NCBI GenBank assembly: GCA_965224715.1
Contig: OZ245054.1
Location: forward strand, 648,933-712,932
Direction: 5' to 3'
DNA length: 64,000 nucleotides
Origin: Spirochaetota bacterium
Lineage (GTDB): Bacteria > Spirochaetota > UBA12135 > COTS27 > CAXSBA01
Position numbers and translations under genes: made by a program. Position 1 is the stretch's first letter. Every line of letters begins with the position of its first letter. Below, one piece after another: positions 23,346 through 32,504 of the stretch. The notes under the pieces are model-generated. The model was not told the DNA's origin. It worked only from the letters and a program-made list of their open reading frames with translations, and ran no database searches.

Positions 23346-24466
23346 ATGACATATCCTCTACTCGATTACAATGGCGGAGTGTTTGCTGTAGTAGAAGCTT
23401 GTAATAAAAGAAATAGCGAACAATATACCAATGATGATTTCCAACTTTTATCTATTTTTTGTCAACAAGCAGAAAAAACGATTAGACATGCACTACATAC
23501 TCATACATTAAAACAGAATATACGTGTTTTATTCGATAAAATAACAGAATTACAAACACCACCATTAATTTTTGATAGCAAAGAGATAAAGAATCAAGTT
23601 GATATCATGTCATGTACAAATTGGCACGATCAGATATCACCAATTCTCATTAATGGTGATCCTGGTACGGGAAGGAGTTTTCTTAAAGCACATTCATAAA
23701 AATAATCACAGAAAAACAAAACCTATAGTTGAAATTGACAGTATTGATCTTGTAAAGAGATTAGCCAGTGTGAATAAAGTTGAGATAAAATTAAGGGGAA
23801 TTAATAAAAATTATAAGATCGGAGTAAAGAAAGATTACGAAGGTCTTTTTGAAAAAGCAAGAGGTAGTACAGTAGTATTGGATGAGATATGGGCATTGCC
23901 TCAAAAAGTTCAACAAGATATTGTTAGCTTACTACAGCATAAATTGTTTAGTAAAGTAGATAGTGACAGTATGCAAGTGTTGGATGTCCGAGTTATATGT
24001 ACTAGTACCAAGGATATAAATATATTGGTACAAAAAGGCGAATTTTCGGAAGAATTATATTTTTTTAATTAACTCTTTATCGATGAGGCTTACCCCGATC
24101 AATAGTAGGCTAGAAGATCTTTCTGTACTTGCACAATATTATATAAATTACTATCATAAAACTATCGAAAAAGTCGATCTCAAAGTATATACTATATTAA
24201 AACGTTATGTATGGGAATATAATGTGCATTCTTTAATTCACATTGTCAAATATTTGGTATTGAATTGTGAAGAGGATATATTGACAAGTCAATATGTTGG
24301 ATCTTGTATGTTTATGCTTATGGAAGGGAGACAAAAAAAAAGTACTTCTGATTTATTAGGTGATATAGTGACGGAAAGTGTTACTTCTCTGAAAGATGCA
24401 ATCAATACATTTAAATCTCAGTATACCTATAAAAAATACAATACCTCTCTCTTCACAGATGTATGA
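23346..24466 (+). pseudogene. sigma-54 enhancer-binding-protein-like regulator (GAF end, AAA+, HTH region), N-terminally truncated and twice frameshifted
   Basis: Three ORFs in three frames read through as one protein. They give the GAF C-terminus (FAVVEACNKRN..FQLLSIFCQQAEKTIRHA), Walker A (INGDPGTGRS), Walker B (VVLDEI), VDVRVICTS and EELYFF.LN...L.PINSRLEDL. The breaks sit at T4 (23678-23681) and T7 (24060-24066). No GAFTGA loop is recognisable. Confidence 0.7.
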
Positions 24467-24480
24467 AGAGAGAGGTATTG
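24439..24480. terminator. bidirectional hairpin between convergent genes
   Basis: Perfect 17-bp inverted repeat caatacctctctcttca / tgaagagagaggtattg with an 8-nt loop, flanked by A-run and T-rich sequence. Confidence 0.6.
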
Positions 24481-24492
24481 TATGAAAATTAA

Positions 24493-26685
24493 TCAATCTA
24501 CATCGAAATTTTTAGTTTTTTTGTTTTTATCATTCAAAAATATTATCCAATCCTTTGCAAGAACAAATATCAGCGATGCACTAGCACCTAAAGTAAAAGT
24601 CGAACTCTTTATTCCATTCGCTTTTAATCTTTTTGTAGCATAAGTTCTGAAGGTATCCTCAGTAGCTCCCATATCTGACCAACGACCTCTACCGCTATTT
24701 CCTATACTGAAAAAATTACGCAAACTAATTCCATTTCCAACAGAGGGATCCCTCACGGTGGGAGATAAGTATCGAGTAAATGTTCCACCTGGATCTTTTA
24801 AAGTAGACCTTTTTCCTGAGAAATAAGCTTCTAATCCAAAAGTCAAACCTACCCAACCGTTTATCTTATCTGGATGAAGATGACTACCAGGAATAGACTC
24901 TGTGGCCAAAGTTATGCCTTCAACTACAGCACTAACTCCCTCTCCTATCATCAAAGAAGCGACTGGACCTTGTTTAGCGCCAAACATTCCTATAACTGTA
25001 CCAGTTATATGAGAAACTACCGTTGCACCAAGATTGACACCCAAAGCAGCTATAGCCTTATTCCTGTTTTGAAAATCCCAATGAAAGTGCCATCCGTTTT
25101 CTATCCCTATAGATGGACTTCCTTGAAAACCAGCTAAAAATCTTGATACCTGGGATCCTTCTGATGAAAATGTATCTTCAATCAAGCGTTCTCCTTGCGA
25201 TACAAAATTATCAACGTTAATAGATACTCCTCCCTCTCCTCTAATAAGAATTTCTTCTAAATAGCTGATTCCCTCGTTGTATGTCACCCAAGCTGTGTTC
25301 TTTTCATTACGAATTAATGGAATATCTATACCATGGTTTCTTGCTATCAGAAATTTTCCGGTTGATCCAAAATGAGCAGCTTTGTTCTTTCGAAATGATT
25401 TGGTTCCTGAAATACTCAACTCCGTACGGAGGAAAATTTTAACACGCATAACAACTTTTTTTTCCCCATTCCTTAGTATCTCAGTTCTTCCTGGATGAAC
25501 ATTAATTTGAATTTTATATGCATTACCTAACCCTGATAATTTAGCAGGTAATCCTCCCATTTCCCCATTCAGCTCTATTCCTGCTTGAAAGACACCTAGG
25601 AGCAAACTAAAATCTGGTAAAAAATTATTTAACTGATCAATTGTACTGACCTCATCCACAATATCATAAGCAGATCTTCTTGGTCGAGTGTCGTAACAGG
25701 ATCGTTTACCAGTCGTTGAATCAAAATATTCTTTGTATCTACTACTAGTACAATCTAAAACAACAATGTCTCCCAAATCTTCCTTTTCCATCAAACCCGA
25801 TACCAATGCACTTCCTATTACGGCTAGAAGCCCACCATCAAGTAAATTGGCATTAGCAACTTTTTCAGCGAATTTACTATGTCCCATTAGAAATATAGTT
25901 CTAACTATATCTATAGTTTCTGGTGTATGCTTAATACTTTCATATATGTTGGATGCAAATTCAATACCCTTATGAATCGCTGCATCCTTTATCTTAGATA
26001 TATCTAACTGCTCTATATCATGGACCTTAGAGCTCAGCCAACCCAGTAGTAAAGAAGATTTCGTCCAGTCCCAGATTCCCTCCCTCAAATCTCTTTTATG
26101 AGTTGAGTGTGAAGTTTTATCTCCTTTTAATAAGGATCTGTCATTAGTTTCCACAGCACGTTTTAATATCTTTTCCCACCGATATCCATCCTGAACTATG
26201 TCGGAAGACCGGGCATGACGTTTGGAACGAGCTCCACCATCACTTGCATCGGCAGTAAATGCTGAATTTGCCCAAATGGGTTTTGATAGAACCATCATTA
26301 GCTGTAAATCTTCTAATTTTAAATTTAAAAATTCTTCTTTAAATTTAATAGGATTTTGGTTATAATAATGCCTTACATTTAGTTGGAACTGTAAAGCTAA
26401 ATCAGAAGAAACTCCCACTCTAATTTCAGGGCCACTCATGGCATAGTACCAAAAAGTAGATATTAAACTAGCTAACGAATCAAATTCTTCGGGCAATATA
26501 ACTGCATGACTTGCAGTTTTGTCAATTGCTAGTTCTTGGCCACTACTTCTTTTAGCTCTTTGACCTGCTTCTAACTTTCCATTTTTAGGTATATCAAACA
26601 TATTCGTGTTATTGCATGAATATAATATTATACCCATTCCTACAATAAATAATAATTTTATTGCACTCATAATTGTCTTTTTCAT
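24493..26685 (-). CDS. orphan 730-aa lipoprotein of unknown function
   Basis: Signal peptide with lipobox ILYSC. I recognise no family. A Gly/Ala/Val-rich hydrophobic stretch lies near aa 545-600 (AIAALGVNLGATVVSHITGTVIGMFGAKQGPVASLMIGEGVSAVVEGITLA). Confidence 0.8.
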   Translation of the reverse strand: MKKTIMSAIKLLFIVGMGIILYSCNNTNMFDIPKNGKLEAGQRAKRSSGQELAIDKTASHAVILPEEFDSLASLISTFWYYAMSGPEIRVGVSSDLALQFQLNVRHYYNQNPIKFKEEFLNLKLEDLQLMMVLSKPIWANSAFTADASDGGARSKRHARSSDIVQDGYRWEKILKRAVETNDRSLLKGDKTSHSTHKRDLREGIWDWTKSSLLLGWLSSKVHDIEQLDISKIKDAAIHKGIEFASNIYESIKHTPETIDIVRTIFLMGHSKFAEKVANANLLDGGLLAVIGSALVSGLMEKEDLGDIVVLDCTSSRYKEYFDSTTGKRSCYDTRPRRSAYDIVDEVSTIDQLNNFLPDFSLLLGVFQAGIELNGEMGGLPAKLSGLGNAYKIQINVHPGRTEILRNGEKKVVMRVKIFLRTELSISGTKSFRKNKAAHFGSTGKFLIARNHGIDIPLIRNEKNTAWVTYNEGISYLEEILIRGEGGVSINVDNFVSQGERLIEDTFSSEGSQVSRFLAGFQGSPSIGIENGWHFHWDFQNRNKAIAALGVNLGATVVSHITGTVIGMFGAKQGPVASLMIGEGVSAVVEGITLATESIPGSHLHPDKINGWVGLTFGLEAYFSGKRSTLKDPGGTFTRYLSPTVRDPSVGNGISLRNFFSIGNSGRGRWSDMGATEDTFRTYATKRLKANGIKSSTFTLGASASLIFVLAKDWIIFLNDKNKKTKNFDVD

Positions 26686-26874
26686 AATTATATTCTCAAT
26701 TTTTGATTAAAATTCTCCTATCATAGCACACTTTAATACAAAATAGAAGAAAAAATATGTTTTTTTGACACTAAATAGAAGATAGGTCGTTACGTGTATT
26801 TATCGATACATATTACTTTGTTATTGGTTAGACTTTTTTTAACATCAATAACTTTTTGATTGGAAGACCCTTTA

Positions 26875-27038
26875 AATCAAGGAATTCCCTTTATGATGAT
26901 AAGGTAGCTTCAATGGAAGATGATGCCGGGGTCTATCATCCTGAAGATGCTGTTGGATTTATTCGCCTCAATGCCCTCCTTTTGATTATGGAGGCAAAAC
27001 GTGATAACCGAATGAATAAAAATGGGAAAAAGAGATAA
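26875..27038 (+). pseudogene. relic 3' fragment of argG (last ~54 codons)
   Basis: Tracked ORF 26856..27038 ends ...[53 protein letters not shown]. This matches the ArgG C-terminus except A->V and P->L. It has no N-terminal 350 aa. Confidence 0.85.
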
Positions 27039-27172
27039 ATTTTTCAACCTTTAATAAACTTTATAATAAGTTGTAAGGAGGGCTTATAGTAAAGAGTTCA
27101 ATGCTTCTTCGATGTCAAAGCGGTAGGGAGACTGGGGGTTTAGAGTGAGAAGGCGGTAAAGGATTTTTTCTG
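26875..27172 (+). repeat. direct repeat copy 2 (relic argG 3' end + intergenic + functional 3' end of the 574-aa gene)
   Basis: See copy 1. The offset between copies is 3840 nt. Confidence 0.9.
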
Positions 27173-28808
27173 CTTCGATGGGATTCTCATTGAGATGGGA
27201 GATCCCATGAAGAAACATAAGTCGTTCTTTAAGGGAAGGTGCTTTCATTTGATTATAGTAATTTCTAAAAATTCTTCTTACCTTTTGAGGCTCTTCACCA
27301 TTTAAATAAATTTGAGCTTGTAAAGTGATCCCATATTCATAGAGCAGGGGGAGAGTCTTAATTTGGTTAAGTCGGGAGAGGGTATTTTTTTTTTTGAAGA
27401 AAAAATCCAAGAAAACCGGTGCAATCTCTTTTGGAGAGAGACCTTCTTCAATCAAGTTGAGAAAGTCAAGTTGCCAAGCTGAAAGTTTTTCGGAAGGCTG
27501 TGCTTTAAGTCGATTTAGAAGTTCATCAGGGTTTTGGGATAAGAGAGAGAGTATTCGATAATTCGCAGTTAATTCGGAATTGTTTTGAGTAATTTGAAAT
27601 AGGGTAGTCCACTGTCCCTGAGCAGCTAAAGCTAATAAATAATAATCATGTTGTTGAAAACTGATATAATTGTCGATAATTTTCTGATATTCATTTTGGA
27701 AAAATAATTTTCTTAATGGGATAACTTGGGAGTCTTCCTTGAATTCGGAGGATTTAGCATAAAGACGGGCCCGGGAAATTCTTTCTCGATATTTTTTAAT
27801 AAACCTTTTGTATTCTAAAGAGTTCACGGAAAATTTTTGGGCTAAAGTTTTGGTTAGATGGAGGTAGTTTCGATAATATCCTTTTTGGTAAAGGAGATTA
27901 AGGAAGTCGGTTTCAATTTTATTTTGAATAACCGTATAAACCATACCACTGGAATCAATCTTTTCAAGTGGCGGAAGTTTTTCCTTAGGAATTTCAGATT
28001 TAATTTTTTCTAAATTAAAAAAATTTTCTGCTGAGTTAAGATGTTCGTAGTTATTTTTTTGGTTGGTAAGTATTATCTCTTTGATTTCTTTTTTCGGTTT
28101 TTGGGATACGGATTTCATGGAAAAAGTGATTAGTGATTGATAAACCTTTTTAAGGAATTTTTTTTTCTCTAAGGCAGCATAGAAGTGATTAAAGATGATT
28201 TTTTCTTTTCTTTTTTTAGGAGGAGAAAAAGAAAATTTACGGATCCTTTCTTCCCATTTGGGGATCTGTCTCTCTCCTTTGCGGGCTATCTCTTGAAGAA
28301 AACGTAATTCAAAATGGATAAGTTTGCTGATTTCATTGGGATTGACTTCTTGTTTATTTTGTATGTTTTCCATTTTTTGATTAAGATCTTCTATTCGGGA
28401 TAAAAGGATATTTAGAAGAGTATCACTTTTAAGGTTGTTGAGAAGGGTTTGATAATAGAGTTCTTTATAATTTATCCGATAGGGTTCATTGAAATTACTG
28501 AAGAGAACTTGTTCTAAAAGATCAAATCGGTTGTAGGATTTAAGAACATCAATCAAGATTTCCAGACTGCGAAGATGGTTTTGACTTTTTAGGAAATTTC
28601 CACCAGCAAGAAAATCAGGGAAATTAAGTTCATTAATCAATTGGAAGCGAAGATGATTTTCATTGCCGGTTTTTCGGTAATGATTATAAGCGTTCTTAAC
28701 CCGAACCTCGCTTTGTGAGAATAAGGTAAGGGGGAGAACTATAAATGAGATTATAATAAAAAGCCATCTCCAGTTTAAATTAGATTTGTTTCTATGATTT
28801 CCCAACAT
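27084..28808 (-). CDS. hypothetical secreted/anchored helical-repeat protein
   Basis: 574 aa. N-terminal TM/signal (WLFIIISFIVLPLTLFS). Lys-rich, probably all-alpha (TPR-like). No motif recognised. Confidence 0.65.
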   Translation of the reverse strand: MLGNHRNKSNLNWRWLFIIISFIVLPLTLFSQSEVRVKNAYNHYRKTGNENHLRFQLINELNFPDFLAGGNFLKSQNHLRSLEILIDVLKSYNRFDLLEQVLFSNFNEPYRINYKELYYQTLLNNLKSDTLLNILLSRIEDLNQKMENIQNKQEVNPNEISKLIHFELRFLQEIARKGERQIPKWEERIRKFSFSPPKKRKEKIIFNHFYAALEKKKFLKKVYQSLITFSMKSVSQKPKKEIKEIILTNQKNNYEHLNSAENFFNLEKIKSEIPKEKLPPLEKIDSSGMVYTVIQNKIETDFLNLLYQKGYYRNYLHLTKTLAQKFSVNSLEYKRFIKKYRERISRARLYAKSSEFKEDSQVIPLRKLFFQNEYQKIIDNYISFQQHDYYLLALAAQGQWTTLFQITQNNSELTANYRILSLLSQNPDELLNRLKAQPSEKLSAWQLDFLNLIEEGLSPKEIAPVFLDFFFKKKNTLSRLNQIKTLPLLYEYGITLQAQIYLNGEEPQKVRRIFRNYYNQMKAPSLKERLMFLHGISHLNENPIEAEKILYRLLTLNPQSPYRFDIEEALNSLL

Positions 28809-29156
28809 GATTAAGGAATCATATCATTAATCAGCTTATTTTTATTCGATAAATAGGTTTTTTTTGCGGAAAGCTCTAATATTTGAAGAGGGGTTTATTC
28901 CTGGCTACATTCTAAAATTTTTTTTCTTGAGTTTAATATTATTTTCTTGCTAGAATTCATTTTATGTTTTTATATTTTTTATATAAGTTTCAAAAAAATA
29001 AAAGAATCAAGTCATTTAGTACAAACTAAACTCGGTTTATATGTTATAATGATTCATGCTTTTTGTTTACATAAATAGTATTATCCATTCACTTTATCAA
29101 TCTTTATCACGCAGAGGCTTGTACCTCCCCCCCTCTCCCCCTTACCAGGAAAATTA

Positions 29157-30152
29157 ATGAAATTTGCGGTCTTAAAATACGAATATGAAGATAGATATGG
29201 TGATAAATATCCTTACGCAAATCTTGGTGATGAGATCCAGAGCTTAGCTGCAGAGCAGTTTTTGCCTCACATAGATACATATCTAAATCGAGATACCCTT
29301 GCTCATGTAAAAATAGATAAACATTTGCTCATTATGAACGGCTGGTTTTCTCATTTTCCAATAGATTGTTTTCCTCCTTCCGATTCCATTATTCCAGTTT
29401 TCATAGCATTTCATATGACATCCTGTAATAATACAAGGGATGTTTTTTTGAGTCCGAAAGGAATTGAATACTTTAAACGTCATGAGCCTATTGGCTGTAG
29501 AGATAAATTTACGGCTGAAATTCTTGCCGCTAAAGGGGTAAAATCTTTTTATAGTAAGTGTTTAACTTTAACTTTTCCAAAAAGAGAAGCTAAACCCAAA
29601 GAAGGGAAAGTTTTTATTGTTGATGCGATAAAAATTCCTATTCCTGAATCCTTAAGAAAAAAAGCAATCATTGTTAAGCACGATATTACTCATCCCTTAT
29701 ACGATAATAAAACTAAAATTCTACAAGCTAAAAGTTTATTGGAAGCCTATCGAAATGAAGCTTCTTTAGTTATTACAACTAAATTGCACTGTGCTTTGCC
29801 TTGTATAGCAATGGGAATCCCTGTTGTTTTTTTTGGAGATCCGAATGACTACAGAGTATCTATTTTGCATGATCTCAATGTTGATATTAACAGAATGGGA
29901 AAAAAGGGAAAAGGAAGAGGGTTTTATTTATATGTTATTCTAAAAACATTATATTTCGAGGAAATGTTTCCGAAACTTTTTGCGTTTCTATTTTATAGAA
30001 ATGTAAATTGGAATCCAGCAGTTTGCTCTTTCGAAAAAGAAAAAAAAGAGCTAATTGAAACTGTAAGAGATATGTTGAAAAATAAAATTGCCGAATTTAA
30101 TAAAAGTCAAATTGAACAAAACGCTCCAACAAATGATTTACGGCGCCACTAG
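29157..30152 (+). CDS. polysaccharide pyruvyl-transferase-family-like protein
   Basis: 331 aa. N-terminal NLGDEIQSLA, central IGCRD..T and C-terminal VITTKLHCALPCIAMGIPVVF resemble the PS_pyruv_trans family layout. Assignment by resemblance only. Confidence 0.45.
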   Translation: MKFAVLKYEYEDRYGDKYPYANLGDEIQSLAAEQFLPHIDTYLNRDTLAHVKIDKHLLIMNGWFSHFPIDCFPPSDSIIPVFIAFHMTSCNNTRDVFLSPKGIEYFKRHEPIGCRDKFTAEILAAKGVKSFYSKCLTLTFPKREAKPKEGKVFIVDAIKIPIPESLRKKAIIVKHDITHPLYDNKTKILQAKSLLEAYRNEASLVITTKLHCALPCIAMGIPVVFFGDPNDYRVSILHDLNVDINRMGKKGKGRGFYLYVILKTLYFEEMFPKLFAFLFYRNVNWNPAVCSFEKEKKELIETVRDMLKNKIAEFNKSQIEQNAPTNDLRRH

Positions 30153-30223
30153 GTATAATTGTTATATTATTATGGTGTATAATATGTTCGTTATATGGAT
30201 TGTTCATTAACAGGAGGATCTTT

Positions 30224-30589
30224 ATGTTTAAAGTAGAACAAAATGGTGTTAATCGTTTAGATATTCAGTTGAGTGGCAAATTGGATACTGAAGAAATGAA
30301 AGTTGCGTTAGATGAACTTGTCAGCAAGTCCAAAGAAATTGAAAAAGGAAAGATGTTATATGACATTGTTGACTTTCATCTTCCATCATTAGGTGCAATA
30401 GCTGTTGAGTTTTCACGATTACCATCAATGTTTTGGTTTATAAAGAAGTTTGATCGTGCCGCCGTTTTGACTGACAAAGATTGGATAAAAAAGGTAAGTG
30501 AATTTGAAGGAATGTTAATTCCAGGGCTTGAAATTAAGGCTTTTGATAGAGATCAAAGAGAAGAAGCAGAAGTGTGGTTATCAAGTTAG
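30224..30589 (+). CDS. STAS/SpoIIAA-like small protein (DUF3478-type)
   Basis: 121 aa from the ATG preceded by AGGAGG (30212-30217). The pattern LDI.LSGKLD.EEM...LDEL......KM.L.D....PSLGA......L.......KFDRAAVL.D..W resembles that family. Confidence 0.5.
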   Translation: MFKVEQNGVNRLDIQLSGKLDTEEMKVALDELVSKSKEIEKGKMLYDIVDFHLPSLGAIAVEFSRLPSMFWFIKKFDRAAVLTDKDWIKKVSEFEGMLIPGLEIKAFDRDQREEAEVWLSS

Positions 30590-30699
30590 AATAACGTTAT
30601 AGAAAATAGTCAACCAACCTGTTTTGCCAGACATTTAACATTTTATAAAAAATGTCGGTGAACTTTTCGTCGGAGTTTTCAAGTCCGATGGATTTATGA

Positions 30700-31143
30700 A
30701 TGGTACAAAGTCGTGCTGAATCAGTTTCTAAATATATTGATGAACTTACACCTGAGAAATCCGCAATATTAGTTCCAGTACTTGATACGTTACGAAAGGC
30801 CATAAGGCCGGGATTTCAAGAGGTTATGAATTGGGGAATGATATCTTTTGAGATTCCGTTGGAAGTGTTCTCTAATACATATAATAAAAAACCGTTGCTA
30901 TACTGTTCGCTAGCTGCTCAGAAGAAGCATTTTGGATTATATCTAATGAACGTTTATTCAGATTCTAAGGCTCTTGAAATATTGCAGGAGGGTTATCAGA
31001 AAGCAGATATAAGGCTGGACATGGGGAAGAGTTGTATTCGGTTCAAAAATCTCAGTGAAATTCACATGCCAACGATTAAAAAAGTTGTAAGCTTACACTC
31101 GGTCAAAAAGTGGATTGAATGTTATAGTTCATGTAGAGGGTGA
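30700..31143 (+). CDS. DUF1801 (YdhG-like) domain protein
   Basis: 147 aa. N-terminal V..YI..L.PE....L..L...I....P...E...WGM..F layout typical of DUF1801. Confidence 0.5.
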   Translation: MVQSRAESVSKYIDELTPEKSAILVPVLDTLRKAIRPGFQEVMNWGMISFEIPLEVFSNTYNKKPLLYCSLAAQKKHFGLYLMNVYSDSKALEILQEGYQKADIRLDMGKSCIRFKNLSEIHMPTIKKVVSLHSVKKWIECYSSCRG

Positions 31144-31338
31144 TTCTTGTGGGCTGATAATAAATCGTTATAGTTGAATACTTCTATAATAGAAGTATCT
31201 ATGTTCGTTATCGATTCAGAGTAAATCAAGGTAATTTAAAAAACGAAATACAAATTTTTAAATAGATATATACCCATAAAACTTAAATGACGTTCAAGTT
31301 TTACAAAATACTATTCTTATTTAAGAAATAATAAAAAT

Positions 31339-31638
31339 ATGGATATAAGGCAATTATTTCATTATGTAATATTGAAAATTTTCTTATTCCTAAGATTGAT
31401 ATTGGTAATGAAAGAATTAAAGGACTCTATAATAATATTATTAATAATACCAAAAAATGCCAAAAAAATTATTGAGTTATATTCAGAATATGACAAAAAC
31501 TCTATAGATCAAGAAAAGGAACTGGTGTTACAAAAAATTGATCTTGTTGAAAGTCAACTAAATAAATTTGTATATAAAATATATAATTTAACAGATGATG
31601 AAATTAAATTGATTGGAAATGGATTACTTTATATTTGA
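31339..31638 (+). pseudogene. C-terminal remnant of a type IIG/Eco57I-like restriction-methyltransferase
   Basis: The tail ..IDLVESQLNKFVYKIYNLTDDEIKLI matches the characteristic C-terminal ID..VY.LY.LT.EEI motif. An upstream out-of-frame segment reads NIENFLIPKID. There is no catalytic domain, so this is only a fragment. Confidence 0.35.
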
Positions 31639-31667
31639 GAACTAATACACAATACGAATATTAACAA

Positions 31668-31890
31668 ATGGCAAAAATAAATGTTTTAGATAAAAAAATA
31701 ACCATTTTTTCACAAAATGAAAAAGACTTTATATTTCTTATTGATATAATAAAAAATATTGAAAATGGACTTGCTTTAATTGAAAAATAGCTTCGAAATA
31801 AAAATATTGTTGAATTTCTTGGAATATGGTAGGAAATATATAGCCCTAATATTTAGTTCTCCCGAATTTGAAGGAATTAAAAATCAAGTT
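31668..31890 (+). pseudogene. KilA-N domain gene, N-terminal part with multiple in-frame stops
   Basis: Reads MAKINVLDKKITIFSQNEKDFIFLIDIIKNIENGLALIEK*LRNKNIVEFLGIW*EIYSPNI.. ..EFEGIKNQ. This follows the KilA-N consensus (..I.NWLRN.NTIEFLG.WE..NNP.F...EFE..K) but is broken by stops and shifts. Confidence 0.55.
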
Positions 31891-32168
31891 GAAACGGACT
31901 AAAAAATATAAATCAAAACTATTAAAAATTTTTTCAATTCATTAAAAACGGAAGCAAAACATTTAGAATGATTGGGGGTGAACTGAAAAAAATTTGAAAT
32001 TGAAGAAATCAGCCTTGAAAAAAATCAGTTTAATTCGTTTGCTTGTCAGCGGAGTTGAATATTTTGGGGATAATGCCAAGACTAGGTTAAAGGATTTAAG
32101 TAATAAGGGGGGAGAAATTGCAGCACTTATTAAACGAACCTTTTGCGATTCACCCATATCAAACTATA

Positions 32169-32241
32169 CTCCCCGGGCAGGATTCGAACCTACGACCAAT
32201 TGGTTAACAGCCAACTGCTCTACCGACTGAGCTACCGAGGA
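32169..32241 (-). tRNA. tRNA-Asn (GUU)
   Basis: Reverse complement folds as a cloverleaf: acceptor TCCTCGG/CCGGGGA, D arm GCTC-AGTCGGTA-GAGC, anticodon arm GTTGG-CTGTTAA-CCAAT, T arm GTAGG-TTCGAAT-CCTGC. 73 nt, CCA not encoded. Confidence 0.9.
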
Positions 32242-32432
32242 ATACGCAAAGCGTATAATAATTTTACTATTAATTTATTTTTTTGAGGATAGTTTTTTTT
32301 GATTACTTAATGATTTAAGTATTTATTATAGCTATTTTAAGTAGTAAATTGAACTTAAGGTACTACATTTTTTTATTATTTTTCTAATAATATAGTTTTT
32401 TCCCAAAATATAAAGGTTTTTAATCAAATTGA

Positions 32433-32461
32433 TTGACATTAAATCTCTCATATGTTATAAT
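32433..32461 (+). promoter_or_regulatory. consensus sigma-70 promoter of the str/ribosomal cluster
   Basis: TTGACA (32433-32438), exact 17-nt spacer, TATAAT (32456-32461), 44 nt upstream of rpsL. Confidence 0.6.
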
Positions 32462-32504
32462 ATTCTCCACTTTTGTGTTATAAAATTATTGAATTTATTA
32501 AAAA

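Noticed and set aside
26686-26874. Possible sigma-54 (-24/-12) promoter for the 730-aa lipoprotein gene, given the adjacent EBP-like gene
   Set aside because: No TGGCAC-N5-TTGCA-like element occurs on the relevant strand. Only a weak sigma-70-like TTCTAT-17-TATGAT is visible. The TGGCA at 11602 upstream of the Bor-like gene also lacks a correctly spaced TTGC.
30597-30803. 68-aa minus-strand ORF overlapping the start of the DUF1801 gene
   Set aside because: It has no recognisable features, lies antisense to a family-assignable gene, and spans an intergenic hairpin.
30153-31211. Integron-like cassette structure: atgttcgttat at 30184 and 31201, cgttatag at 30595 and 31166, at boundaries of small unrelated genes
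   Set aside because: The motifs do not fit the attC R'/R'' cores (GTTRRRY/RYYYAAC), and no intI is present. Exact 8-11-mers recur by chance at an appreciable rate in AT-rich DNA. I kept this only as a note under the tRNA-Asn island.
28809-32168. Direct repeat of the tRNA-Asn 3' end (att site) marking the far end of the island
   Set aside because: I found no copy of the gattcgaacc/cccggg segment by eye within 28.8-32.1 kb. The island boundary therefore remains undefined.
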